A DNA stretch of 64,000 nucleotides from Cytophagales bacterium (lineage in GTDB: Bacteria; Bacteroidota; Bacteroidia; Cytophagales; Cyclobacteriaceae), in assembly GCA_017303795.1 (NCBI GenBank), contig JAFLBR010000011.1:94166-158165 (forward strand), in the 5' to 3' direction. Positions 40,754 through 50,616 of the stretch are shown here, piece after piece. A program made the translations under genes and the position numbers. The first letter of the stretch is position 1, and each line of letters starts with the position of its first letter. Under the pieces are notes generated by a model that ran no database searches, was not told where the DNA came from, and worked only from the letters and a program-made list of their open reading frames with translations.

Positions 40754-41253
40754 AAATTTTTCTGATTGGTCTGCCAGGCTGCGGCAAATCCACATTGGGT
40801 AAACAATTAGCCCGGCACTTAAATGTGTCGTTTATCGATCTCGATCAGGAAATAGAAAAATCAGTTGGCTTACCTGTGCGCTCGATTTTTAAAAAATATG
40901 GCGAGATTTTTTTTCGCAAGCAGGAATCGGAAACGCTACGAACGCTCAGTGAAACAGAAACTGATTTTGCAATGGCAACTGGTGGTGGCGCACCCGTATT
41001 TCATGATAACATGAAGTTTATGAATGCTACCGGTAAAACTGTTTTTCTGGATGTACCTACACGTGAAATCACTAATCGTATTATACAATCCAACAAAGAA
41101 GAAAGGCCTTTGCTTGCATCGCTGGCGCCCGATGAATTGAAAGATAAAATTGAGTTTCTTCGCTCGCAGCGAATTTCGTTTTATAGTCAGGCTCAAGTTA
41201 CACTCACAGGAGTTGTGGTGCTATCGGATTTAACTGCGGCAATCAAAAATTAA
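40750..41253 (+). CDS. aroK: Shikimate kinase
   Basis: P-loop GLPGCGKST, FIDLD, GEIFFR..E, ATGGGAP, RPLL. Confidence 0.93.
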   Translation: MKIFLIGLPGCGKSTLGKQLARHLNVSFIDLDQEIEKSVGLPVRSIFKKYGEIFFRKQESETLRTLSETETDFAMATGGGAPVFHDNMKFMNATGKTVFLDVPTREITNRIIQSNKEERPLLASLAPDELKDKIEFLRSQRISFYSQAQVTLTGVVVLSDLTAAIKN

Positions 41254-42812
41254 AACGGAAATCCCACCGTAACCATACCAAAAGTGGTTTTGTTATCCAT
41301 AGTTACTAATGGACTGCTGGCCATGTTTACACGATATGGGCGGTAGGTGTTTGCTCCTTGGCTAAATACCAGGGCAAAGTCCACATAAAATTTTTGGGTG
41401 CGATAGCCTAAGCCACCCGATACAGAAGTTATAGCACGACTACTGTTGTTCTGTTCGGTACGAAAAGGATCGGCCATGTATGAGCCACCAGCCCGGAATC
41501 TTAATTTGTCCAATCGAAACTCACCACCTAACCGCACATTTGTGGTAGTCTGGTAAGCATTTTTAATGTTTTCATTATCCGAGTCGAATGGAATACCACT
41601 TATGCCGGAAGAATAGCGCGCGCCCGAATAGTTAATCACATCTACATCGGCAGAGATAAAACCAGACTTACCCAGAAAAACGGTCGCTCCCGCGCTTAAT
41701 TTCCCAGGTGTACGTAGCGAATATTCAGAAATGATTTCGTCTGTGTATTCATTTTCCGTGTTCAGAATGGTTTGGCCATCGCCATAGTAATCGAAGTTAT
41801 TCCATGCCGTTGTGAGTTCGGCACGATACACGTCTGTTACACTTAACAAGGTTGGTGTGGTGTATGACAGGCCAACCTGAACAATATCCAGCGGTCGGTA
41901 AATGGCTCCCAGAGTAGCATTTATACCCGATGCCCTTATCTGAAGTTCTTCTATTAGATCAAGCCTTTCTAATGGATTATAGGTTGGATCTAATTCAAAG
42001 AAGTAATCAGATTCTGAATATTGTTTTTCACTGCGGTAACGGACTGTTGAAAGCCCGAGTCCAGCACCCAGAAAAAGTTTATCGCCCATGTTGGCTCCGT
42101 ACGAAAGATTCCATTGGCTTTGTGTGCCTTCAGTACGTATGGTTTCATTTTGATTAACTCTCCGAATATCATCTGGATCACCAAAGGTTTGAAGAGGCGA
42201 ACCATAGATGTCATTTCCATTCTGATCCTGATCCACGTTGTCAATTAAATACGTGTTGTAGGCAAGTCCTGGAAGTGAGTTAAAGTAACTGTTATCACCA
42301 CCATTCTGATAATCGAAGTTTGCTGGGTTTATTCCATAAGCGTCATCCATAAAAAAATCAATAATCGAATTATTGGAATTAGTGCCACTATATGAAAATG
42401 TCTGATTAAAATTATTGATCCGGTTATAACTCACCGCAAACGTACCGCTTAAAAAACCTTTGCGTCCATCTTGCTCAGTTTGAAACACCAGACTAAAGCC
42501 GGGTATGTGTAAATTGGTTTTTGAATTAGAAGATTTATTGCCGAGGTACTCGCTATTTACATTTGCTCCGTAAAAGCCAGGCGAAATAGTAAACTCAGAC
42601 CGGTTAAACATTCCTAAGCCTGCCGGATTGGATAAGGCAGAACTATAATCGCCACCCAAACTGGTTTGCACACCGCCCATGCTCATAATGCGCGCACTGC
42701 CAGCAGGTTTTACTCGACTAAACATAAGCGCAGTTTCGGTAAAACTTTGTGCCATAACCAGCCCCGGTAAAAGCATGGCAATGCCAGCGAGCACTTTGCT
42801 CATTATTTTCAT
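41250..42812 (-). CDS. OmpP1/FadL/TodX family outer-membrane beta-barrel
   Basis: Signal peptide; GSARIMSMGG...LGGD.S....NPAGL N-terminal plug motif; C-terminal aromatic F. Confidence 0.85.
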   Translation of the reverse strand: MKIMSKVLAGIAMLLPGLVMAQSFTETALMFSRVKPAGSARIMSMGGVQTSLGGDYSSALSNPAGLGMFNRSEFTISPGFYGANVNSEYLGNKSSNSKTNLHIPGFSLVFQTEQDGRKGFLSGTFAVSYNRINNFNQTFSYSGTNSNNSIIDFFMDDAYGINPANFDYQNGGDNSYFNSLPGLAYNTYLIDNVDQDQNGNDIYGSPLQTFGDPDDIRRVNQNETIRTEGTQSQWNLSYGANMGDKLFLGAGLGLSTVRYRSEKQYSESDYFFELDPTYNPLERLDLIEELQIRASGINATLGAIYRPLDIVQVGLSYTTPTLLSVTDVYRAELTTAWNNFDYYGDGQTILNTENEYTDEIISEYSLRTPGKLSAGATVFLGKSGFISADVDVINYSGARYSSGISGIPFDSDNENIKNAYQTTTNVRLGGEFRLDKLRFRAGGSYMADPFRTEQNNSSRAITSVSGGLGYRTQKFYVDFALVFSQGANTYRPYRVNMASSPLVTMDNKTTFGMVTVGFPF

Positions 42813-42851
42813 AACCAGAATTTTTTGTTGTTTAACGAACCCCGACCTTTT

Positions 42852-43991
42852 TTAATTGCGACCTCTTGAGCCTCCTGATGAAGAACTTCCACCACCAGAT
42901 GAAGAGCCACTGCTTCGGCTTCCACCACTGTTGCCACTGGAGAATCCGCTTGAGCTACGCGAAGAACTTCCACTGCTGCTATTGTCAAGCCAGGTAGAGC
43001 GATTTGAACTTCTGCTGCTGTTATTGAAAGTAGAACCAGTGCTTCTGCTACCAGAAGTTGAGTTGTTCCATACCGGGCGGGTTGAAGTGTTTTCAGGATT
43101 ATTTCTCCAGCCGCGCTGATAATAATTTTCGTTTGCAGAAGCAGTGCGAGCTGTGCTTCTGGAATTGCTTCCACCACGGGTATCATTTTGAATTGCTGCA
43201 GACTGGCGACTGCCGCCACCGGTGTTAACATTGTTATTCATATCGCTTGAGCGTGATGATCTTTTGCCATACACAACCCGGTTAGCACCATCGCCACCAC
43301 CTACAATAATTACAGTAGGTCTGTTCCACGAATTCCAACCCCAGTTGTTCCAGCCCATGCCCATATTGTTTCCCCAACCCCAGTTGTTGAATGAATTGTA
43401 TCCGTAAGGATCCCACGCCATTGAATTCCAACCCATATTATTCCAGCCCATGTTATTCCATGGTGAATAACCCCATGAGTTACCCCAGCCCATACCCATA
43501 CCCAACGACATGTTGAAGCCTGGTCTGTAAAAGCCGTTGTTAAATCCATTATTAAATCCGTAAGGGTCCATTCCCCATGCATTACCATAAGGATTATAAC
43601 CACCAACCATGTAGGGATTCATTCCACCCATCATGTAGGGATTATTCATGCCGTAATAATTCCAGTTTGCACGGTTGTTATAAAGATTCTGATTAACTGC
43701 AGTAGGCACATAGTCCGCATAGAAGTAACTAACCTGCTGTTGCGGAGCAGCACCATTAACCGATTGCGAGATGTACTCCGGATTAACATTGCGTGCAGAG
43801 TAACTATCCGTAGGGTTAATAGGAGTTTTAATTTCCGATTGACGGGATGATAATTCTGATAATGGTTTTGAAGCTGCAATTTTTGCACGATCGCTCGCTC
43901 TGAAATACATGTCATCAAATTCTGCCTGTGCGCTCACTCCAACTACTGCTGTTACCATTAGCAGGCCCATAAAAATGATTCTTGATTTCAT
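42852..43991 (-). CDS. Exported low-complexity (N/G/W/M-rich, S/G/R tail) hypothetical protein
   Basis: Signal peptide MKSRII...; EFDDMYF motif; GWNN repeats; co-oriented upstream of FadL gene. Confidence 0.75.
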   Translation of the reverse strand: MKSRIIFMGLLMVTAVVGVSAQAEFDDMYFRASDRAKIAASKPLSELSSRQSEIKTPINPTDSYSARNVNPEYISQSVNGAAPQQQVSYFYADYVPTAVNQNLYNNRANWNYYGMNNPYMMGGMNPYMVGGYNPYGNAWGMDPYGFNNGFNNGFYRPGFNMSLGMGMGWGNSWGYSPWNNMGWNNMGWNSMAWDPYGYNSFNNWGWGNNMGMGWNNWGWNSWNRPTVIIVGGGDGANRVVYGKRSSRSSDMNNNVNTGGGSRQSAAIQNDTRGGSNSRSTARTASANENYYQRGWRNNPENTSTRPVWNNSTSGSRSTGSTFNNSSRSSNRSTWLDNSSSGSSSRSSSGFSSGNSGGSRSSGSSSGGGSSSSGGSRGRN

Positions 43992-44165
43992 ATGCTTTAA
44001 ATTTTGGTTCAACAATCTATTTAACGCTTAAGTCCCTTTCGGGGATATATCTGTAACAAGTTTAACGCTTAAATCGTGCAAATTCCAGCAATTTTATACT
44101 GGTAGTTATGCCATTTTTTATAGGTTAATTTTCAAACCCCTCGCCACAACCAGCTAAACCTCGTC

Positions 44166-44173
44166 TATATTTG
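44166..44173 (+). promoter_or_regulatory. -7 promoter element (TATATTTG) for proS
   Basis: Exact TAnnTTTG 40 nt upstream of ATG. Confidence 0.55.
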
Positions 44174-44213
44174 CCGATTAATTCAAATTTACGAAAATTT
44201 TTAGGTTTATCCG

Positions 44214-45692
44214 ATGGGAAAAGAGATAACAAGCCGAAGCGAAGATTACGCACAATGGTATATTGATCTGGTAAAAAAAGCCGACCTGGCCGAGAATTCT
44301 GATGTACGGGGATGTATGGTTATAAAACCGTATGGTTACAGCATCTGGGAAAAAATGCAACAGGCCCTGGACAAGATGTTTAAAGAAACCGGCCACACCA
44401 ATGCTTACTTCCCGTTGTTTGTTCCTAAAAGCATGTTTGAGGCTGAGGAAAAAAATGCCGAAGGATTTGCCAAAGAGTGTGCTATTGTAACCCATTATCG
44501 GTTAAAGAACGATCCGCAAAACAAGGGTAAACTAATGGTTGACCCTGAAGCGAAACTGGAAGAAGAACTGGTGGTGCGCCCAACCAGCGAAGCCATTATC
44601 TGGAGTACCTATAAAAAATGGATTCAATCGTATCGCGATTTGCCTTTGCTGATTAACCAATGGGCTAACGTGGTGCGTTGGGAAATGCGCACGCGATTGT
44701 TTTTACGTACAGCCGAATTTCTTTGGCAGGAAGGCCACACCGCGCATGCAACTGCAAAAGAAGCGGTAGAAGAAACCGAACGCATGCTGGGTGTGTATGC
44801 CGAGTTTGCCGAAACTTTTATGGCCATGCCGGTTGTAAAAGGCCGTAAATCTGAAGGCGAACGTTTTCCAGGTGCAGTTGATACGTATTGTATTGAAGCC
44901 ATGATGCAGGATGGCAAGGCATTGCAGGCTGGCACTTCGCATTTTTTGGGACAAAATTTTGCCGATGCGTTTAATGTGCAATTCACCAATAAAGAAGGCA
45001 AACTGGAAAAAGTGTGGGGTACTTCGTGGGGAGTGAGTACCCGTTTAATGGGCGCGCTTATTATGGCACATTCCGATGATGATGGCTTAGTGCTGCCACC
45101 AAAGCTGGCACCTATTCACGTGGTGATTGTTCCGATCTTTAAAACCGCAGAAGAGTTAGAACGCATTTCTGAACAGGCCAATAAAATTGCCGATGCAATT
45201 CGCAAGCAAGGCTATTCCGTTAAGTTCGATAATCGCGATACGCACAAGCCAGGCTTTAAATTTGCCGAATATGAATTGAAAGGTGTGCCGGTGCGCATCG
45301 CCATCGGGCCGCGCGATTTGGAAAACAAAACGGTGGAGGTAGCCCGAAGAGACACCAAAGAAAAACAAGTTATGGCTTTAGACGCCATTGCTACTACCAT
45401 ACCAACCCTGTTGGATGAGATTCAACAGAACATTTACCAGAAGGCGCTTGCATTCAGAACGTCTATGATTACACCGGTAGATTCCTATGCCGACTTTAAA
45501 AAAGTGCTGGATGAAAAAGGTGGGTTTGTGTCTGCCCACTGGGATGGCACTGCCGAATCGGAGGCGGCTATTAAAGACGAAACCAAAGCTACTATCCGGT
45601 GCATTCCGTTGGATGCAAAGGAAGAAGCCGGAGTTTGTGTGTATTCGGGTAAACCTTCAACAAAACGGGTACTTTTTGCACGGGCTTATTAA
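44214..45692 (+). CDS. proS: Proline--tRNA ligase (archaeal/eukaryal type)
   Basis: [56 protein letters not shown]. Confidence 0.97.
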   Translation: MGKEITSRSEDYAQWYIDLVKKADLAENSDVRGCMVIKPYGYSIWEKMQQALDKMFKETGHTNAYFPLFVPKSMFEAEEKNAEGFAKECAIVTHYRLKNDPQNKGKLMVDPEAKLEEELVVRPTSEAIIWSTYKKWIQSYRDLPLLINQWANVVRWEMRTRLFLRTAEFLWQEGHTAHATAKEAVEETERMLGVYAEFAETFMAMPVVKGRKSEGERFPGAVDTYCIEAMMQDGKALQAGTSHFLGQNFADAFNVQFTNKEGKLEKVWGTSWGVSTRLMGALIMAHSDDDGLVLPPKLAPIHVVIVPIFKTAEELERISEQANKIADAIRKQGYSVKFDNRDTHKPGFKFAEYELKGVPVRIAIGPRDLENKTVEVARRDTKEKQVMALDAIATTIPTLLDEIQQNIYQKALAFRTSMITPVDSYADFKKVLDEKGGFVSAHWDGTAESEAAIKDETKATIRCIPLDAKEEAGVCVYSGKPSTKRVLFARAY

Positions 45693-45699
45693 TATCGTA

Positions 45700-45746
45700 A
45701 AACCTTTCAGGTCTTTATAACGATGCTAAAAAGACCTGAAAGGTTT
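45700..45746. terminator. 17-bp perfect inverted repeat after proS (REP-like / terminator)
   Basis: AAACCTTTCAGGTCTTT / AAAGACCTGAAAGGTTT with 13-nt loop. Confidence 0.7.
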
Positions 45747-45797
45747 GCTAACCTAATTTTAAGTACTTTTATAGGTTGTGAATAAATTCAGAAGCAA

Positions 45798-46268
45798 GTG
45801 ATAGAGTGGGTAACTGTAATTAGTCTGATCTTGTTTGGGCTTGCCCTGGTGGTAGCCGAAATAATTTTTATACCGGGCACCACGGTGGTGGGTATTGTCG
45901 GATTTATTTTCCTGATAGCCGGGATTGCTTTTGGGTTTAAATACTTTGGCAGCGAAACCGGTTGGGTATTAGTAGGTGTAACGGCTGTTATTTCAGGATT
46001 GGTGTTTTACTTTTCTTTTAAGACAAATGTGTGGGGCCGGTTTTCATTAAAATCATCTATCGACAGTAAAGTAAATGAAGGCAATCTCAACTCGCTTGTT
46101 GTAGGACTGGAAGGAAAAACTACTTCTTCACTTCGGCCTGTTGGCAAAGCACAGTTGGGCGATAAAGAATATGAAGTAAAAACAGTTGGCGACTATTTAG
46201 ATAGCGGCAGCGCAATACGCATTGTTAAAATAAATTCAAATCAAATAATCGTAGAACCTATAAACTAA
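45798..46268 (+). CDS. NfeD family protein (short form)
   Basis: GTG start; EIIFIPG..VVG TM region; C-terminal OB fold LRPVGKA. Confidence 0.85.
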   Translation: MIEWVTVISLILFGLALVVAEIIFIPGTTVVGIVGFIFLIAGIAFGFKYFGSETGWVLVGVTAVISGLVFYFSFKTNVWGRFSLKSSIDSKVNEGNLNSLVVGLEGKTTSSLRPVGKAQLGDKEYEVKTVGDYLDSGSAIRIVKINSNQIIVEPIN

Positions 46269-46272
46269 CACT

Positions 46273-47247
46273 ATGGAAGGCTTAGCATTTATCTTTATTA
46301 TTTTTATTGGCATTGTCGGGTTCTTTATGTTCCTCTACTTTGTGCCAGTAGGGTTGTGGATTACCGCAATCTTTGCCGGAGTTAAAGTAACCATTGGATC
46401 ATTGATCGGGATGCGAATCAGAAAGGTTCCACCTGGGGTAATCGTAAATTCACTCATTACGGCTAACAAGGCTGGTATTCCAATTACAACTAACGAACTT
46501 GAAACTCACTACCTGGCGGGCGGTAACGTACCGAATGTAATTAGGGCACTCATCTCAGCAGAGAAAGCCAATATCAATCTCGACTTTAAACAAGCCACGG
46601 CTATCGACCTTGCCGGTCGCGATGTGTTTGAGGCGGTACAGATTTCGGTAAACCCGAAAGTAATTACTACACCCAAAGTTGCAGCAGTAGCGGCCGATGG
46701 CATTCAACTTATTGCCATTGCGCGCGTGACCGTGCGGGCCAGCATTGCACAATTGGTTGGGGGTGCTGGTGAAGATACAATTCTTGCCCGTGTAGGCGAA
46801 GGTATTGTAACCTCAATTGGTTCGGCTAAGTCACACAAAGAAGTGTTGGCTAACCCCGATAAAATTTCGAAGCTGGTATTATCACGTGGATTGGATGCGG
46901 GTACGGCATTTGAAATTCTCTCTATTGATATTGCCGATGTAGATGTGGGTGCAAACATTGGTGCAAAACTTCAGATTGATCAGGCCTCGGCCGATTTAAA
47001 AGTAGCAGAAGCAAGGGCTGAAGAAAGAAGAGCTATGGCGGTTGCCTTAGAACAAGAAATGATCGCGAAAGCGCAAGAAGCAAAAGCGAATGTAATTCAG
47101 GCCGAAGCCGAAATTCCTAAAGCCATTGCAGAAGCATTCTCGAAAGGAAATCTTGGTGTAATGGATTATTACAAAATGCAAAACGTACAAGCTGATACGG
47201 ATATGCGTCAATCTATTTCAGGATCGGGTAAGACTAAGTCCGAATAG
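46273..47247 (+). CDS. floA: Flotillin-like protein FloA (YqfA)
   Basis: [38 protein letters not shown]; follows nfeD. Confidence 0.93.
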   Translation: MEGLAFIFIIFIGIVGFFMFLYFVPVGLWITAIFAGVKVTIGSLIGMRIRKVPPGVIVNSLITANKAGIPITTNELETHYLAGGNVPNVIRALISAEKANINLDFKQATAIDLAGRDVFEAVQISVNPKVITTPKVAAVAADGIQLIAIARVTVRASIAQLVGGAGEDTILARVGEGIVTSIGSAKSHKEVLANPDKISKLVLSRGLDAGTAFEILSIDIADVDVGANIGAKLQIDQASADLKVAEARAEERRAMAVALEQEMIAKAQEAKANVIQAEAEIPKAIAEAFSKGNLGVMDYYKMQNVQADTDMRQSISGSGKTKSE

Positions 47248-47266
47248 TTGAAATAAATTTTTAGCG

Positions 47267-47304
47267 AACAGGCTGCTTTGAAATTTCAAGGCAGCCTGTT
47301 TTTG
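47267..47304. terminator. Bidirectional intrinsic terminator between floA and WG-repeat gene
   Basis: AACAGGCTGC...GCAGCCTGTT stem followed by T-run. Confidence 0.75.
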
Positions 47305-47319
47305 TTATGGACTATTACA

Positions 47320-49416
47320 TCAGTTCAGAGTTTTCCACTCAGCCTTTTGCAGCACGAGGTATTGATTTTTTTCGGAGTAATAATATAGTGCATCGTAGAT
47401 AATCGGAATGATGCTAAGACCTTCAGCAGAGATTACGCCCGACTTCTGAGTATGTATAACCTTAACTGCTCCATTAGCAAGTATTGCCAATTGATTAAAT
47501 CGCGGCTCAATCAAAATTTTGCCGGAAGCATCGGCCAAACCGGTTAATCCATTTTTATACAATCTGAATTTATTCAAGTCGCTTGCGATAGAGTCATACT
47601 CGAGACTCAGTATAAATTTTCCTTGCTTGTCGATAACTCCGGCTTTTCCGTTGCGGGTAACTACGCACAATCCATTGTAGAATTGTGCTACTTTATCGTA
47701 GTTGGGGTTAATTACAATCTGATCTTGCGCATTAATAAAACCCCACCGGCCAATCAGTTTTATAGCAGCCATGCCTTCGCTGAAATTACCAATGCCATCG
47801 TAACGATTGGCAATACGCAATCTTCCGCGCACATCAATAAACCCATATTTGCCATCGCGTTTGATGCCGCGAAGACCTTCATGTTCTTCAAAAACAGCTT
47901 CTACTTTATCAACTTGTGGCGGTTCCTTGCGATTAATGAGACGGCCGTGGTAGTCTAATTTTTTAATGGTGCCATCCGGTAAAAACTCCGTAAAGCAATC
48001 TGCACCAAAATCAATTTTGTTATCCGTAAAGTAGATTACGTTTCCGTCAAATGATTTTAAAAACAGGTTGGCGGGTTCTAGTTGCACGTAAATCGAATCA
48101 TTAACCAATTTTAATGGATGCGCTTGTGGTGCAACAATCCATTCTTCGCGCGGAGAAACAATACCATACTGGCCTTTAAACTTTACAACCACATATTTAT
48201 TCGAAATTTCAATCAGCGAATCGTACACGCAATGAACGGTTTCTTCGCCTTGTGTTGTAAGCGCGCCCCAATACTGATTGCTTTTTGCAGGAAACAATCC
48301 GTGTTGTGGGGCATCTATTCGCGAATAAGTTTTAAACGAAGTGAATGTTCGGTTAATGTCGGTTAGCGCCCAACCCGAACGCGAAAGCGTACGCACCTGC
48401 GGATAATTCACTACAATTGAATCGTATTGTAAAGGGATGATTGGCTTATTTTCAGAGGTAATAATTCCGGTTTTGTTATTCTTCTGTGCCAGAAATAAAT
48501 TATCCTGAAGGTAAGTCAGGTTTTGATATTGGGCAGGCAGCGTTACGTTCCAGGTTCCATCCATCAAACCAAAATGCCCGGAGAATTGATAAATATTAAT
48601 TCCGGGTGCGGCTGGTAAAATATTTTCGGCTTGAAAATTTTGTTGAGTTTTATTGGAAGCATCTAACACTACCCATTGATGATGTGGTAAAACCGAAATC
48701 CGATCGTCTTCAACTTTTACATTCTGGTAGCGGGCTTCGACCAACACATTGCCTTCGCGATCGAGCAAGCCTTTGTTGGTATTGATGTAGAAAAATGCTT
48801 TACCATTTTGAAACATAGAAATGCTATCGATGGTAAATGGTGTAATGGCGCGGCCATCTTCCGCGTACAAGGCAATTTTTCCGCTGTCGTTTTGTACAGC
48901 ATAACGCAGTGTGCCCAATGGCAAAATGCCTGAATAGTTTGCCGGTATAATCAACTTGTTTTGCAGATCGGCTAATCCATATTGATAACGACCATTACTT
49001 AAATTGACCACAATCGCGCGAAGCCCATGCAGTTGAATATCATCATACACAAATGGAATCTGAACTTCGCCCCGCAGATTAAGGCATCCGGTTTTCCGCT
49101 GCGCGGGATTAATCTTTTTCTTTACCACGACATACTCACCACCGCCATACACCAGGCTTTCGTATTCAGCTTTGGTAATAAATTCTTTTTTGAGATTAAG
49201 TATTCCCCAATGGTTGTTTTGGCGATAGCCGGTTACGTTTCCAATCACTGAAAAACTTCCGTCCGACCAACCCAGGGCTTCGAATGAAGCCGGCAGTACC
49301 ACTTTCCCCTCCTGGTTTTTAAGCCCCACTTTCCCATTCTCTTCAAAAGTTTGAAAAGAATCGGCCCATCCCGTAAGGGAAGTGATTAGCAAACAAACCA
49401 GTAGGGCGATTTTCAT
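47320..49416 (-). CDS. WG (KWG Leptospira) repeat-containing exported protein
   Basis: Signal peptide; repeated K.G.I...G...I...YD units; GKYGFID, GRWGFIN, FSEGMA. Confidence 0.88.
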   Translation of the reverse strand: MKIALLVCLLITSLTGWADSFQTFEENGKVGLKNQEGKVVLPASFEALGWSDGSFSVIGNVTGYRQNNHWGILNLKKEFITKAEYESLVYGGGEYVVVKKKINPAQRKTGCLNLRGEVQIPFVYDDIQLHGLRAIVVNLSNGRYQYGLADLQNKLIIPANYSGILPLGTLRYAVQNDSGKIALYAEDGRAITPFTIDSISMFQNGKAFFYINTNKGLLDREGNVLVEARYQNVKVEDDRISVLPHHQWVVLDASNKTQQNFQAENILPAAPGINIYQFSGHFGLMDGTWNVTLPAQYQNLTYLQDNLFLAQKNNKTGIITSENKPIIPLQYDSIVVNYPQVRTLSRSGWALTDINRTFTSFKTYSRIDAPQHGLFPAKSNQYWGALTTQGEETVHCVYDSLIEISNKYVVVKFKGQYGIVSPREEWIVAPQAHPLKLVNDSIYVQLEPANLFLKSFDGNVIYFTDNKIDFGADCFTEFLPDGTIKKLDYHGRLINRKEPPQVDKVEAVFEEHEGLRGIKRDGKYGFIDVRGRLRIANRYDGIGNFSEGMAAIKLIGRWGFINAQDQIVINPNYDKVAQFYNGLCVVTRNGKAGVIDKQGKFILSLEYDSIASDLNKFRLYKNGLTGLADASGKILIEPRFNQLAILANGAVKVIHTQKSGVISAEGLSIIPIIYDALYYYSEKNQYLVLQKAEWKTLN

Positions 49417-49421
49417 TTGTG

Positions 49422-49429
49422 CAAAGGTA
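49422..49429 (-). promoter_or_regulatory. -7 promoter element (TACCTTTG) for WG-repeat gene
   Basis: Exact TAnnTTTG ending 5 nt before ATG. Confidence 0.55.
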
Positions 49430-49490
49430 ACTGGCTGTTGCAGTTTTTGTGAACTTTTTCAACAACAGGTTAACAATTGCTTTGGGCGAA

Positions 49491-50075
49491 TTATTTATTC
49501 GACAGATGCAGCAAGTCTTGCGGAGTGTCAAGGTCAATCTCACCATTTTCGAATGCTACGGTGTACACCTGATTGGAAAATTGTTGGATGATTTTACGGG
49601 CACCCGCCTCGTTAGAAACTTGTAACAGGTTAGTAAAAAGTTCTTTTCTGAAAATCGCGGGCACGCCAACCGTATCGGCATAAGCCGAAGCAATAATGGG
49701 TTGACTTTCGGTGTAAAGCTTACTTAATAAAGTATTCAAATGGGTTGTGGTAAGATAAGGTTGATCGCACACCAACACCAGTACAGCCTGTAACTCAGAC
49801 GATTTTTTTAATAAGGTAGTAAGACCAGTCTTCAACGAACTACCCATACCCAACCGCCAATCAGGGTTTAGTACAACTTCGGTTTTAAGATCGGCTATTA
49901 CTTTTTGATGCGCTTCGGCATTGGCGCCCAACACAACTACTACCGGGCAATTGGTTTGCAAGGCTACTTCGGCAGATTTGCGTAGCAGCGGTATTCCATC
50001 TACTTCAACCAATTGTTTGGATTGACCGAGGCGCGAACTATTACCGGCTGCCAGCAAGATGATACCAACCTGCAT
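49491..50075 (-). CDS. Molybdenum cofactor cytidylyltransferase-like (MocA/MobA-like NTP transferase)
   Basis: LLAAGNSSRLGQSKQL, NPDW..GMGSSL, CDQP, DLDTP.D; in unit with xdhC. Confidence 0.85.
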   Translation of the reverse strand: MQVGIILLAAGNSSRLGQSKQLVEVDGIPLLRKSAEVALQTNCPVVVVLGANAEAHQKVIADLKTEVVLNPDWRLGMGSSLKTGLTTLLKKSSELQAVLVLVCDQPYLTTTHLNTLLSKLYTESQPIIASAYADTVGVPAIFRKELFTNLLQVSNEAGARKIIQQFSNQVYTVAFENGEIDLDTPQDLLHLSNK

Positions 50076-50570
50076 TTAGTTAATGGGTTTAGCGGCCTGA
50101 AAATCTTTTTCGCTAATAGTACCATTCTCACTGGAATCTGTATCGACCAGAATTTTCCAAATACCATTTTCTTTGCGAAGCACCACATGAAAGCGCCCGA
50201 AGTAATCCATGGTTTTGCCATCGGCTAACAGGTAAGAAGTTTTATAAACCCCAACTTCTACCGCGAGGTCATTGCTTGCAATGCGTTCAGTAAATCTTAA
50301 CGTAAGTGTGCGTTTGCGTTTTGCATTCAGATCATCCTGATCGCCTTCGGTTTGTGATTTTTTATATTCATCCCAATTCCAAACGGTTTTACCATCGCGG
50401 GCTGAGCGTACCACATCTTTTGAATGTACCGCCATAAACGCATCGGCCTGATGATTATTGAACGATGCAATAAAAGGTTCCCATACATGTTTGTTGATTT
50501 CGGCTTGTGGGGTTTGGGCTTGTACTAATGATGAAAAAAACAAGCAGAGGCAGACGATCCATGTTTTCAT
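50076..50570 (-). CDS. Exported NTF2/SnoaL-like (DUF4440-like) protein
   Basis: Signal peptide; AVEVGVY...GRFHVVLRKENG.WKILVD. Confidence 0.75.
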   Translation of the reverse strand: MKTWIVCLCLFFSSLVQAQTPQAEINKHVWEPFIASFNNHQADAFMAVHSKDVVRSARDGKTVWNWDEYKKSQTEGDQDDLNAKRKRTLTLRFTERIASNDLAVEVGVYKTSYLLADGKTMDYFGRFHVVLRKENGIWKILVDTDSSENGTISEKDFQAAKPIN

Positions 50571-50616
50571 TTTGCGATTGGGTTAATACATCCAAAACGG
50601 AAAGAAAGATTTTGGG

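Noticed and set aside
42809-43918. Several alternative-frame ORFs over the low-complexity gene
   Set aside because: Expected by-product of repetitive, stop-poor sequence; no motifs or independent starts.
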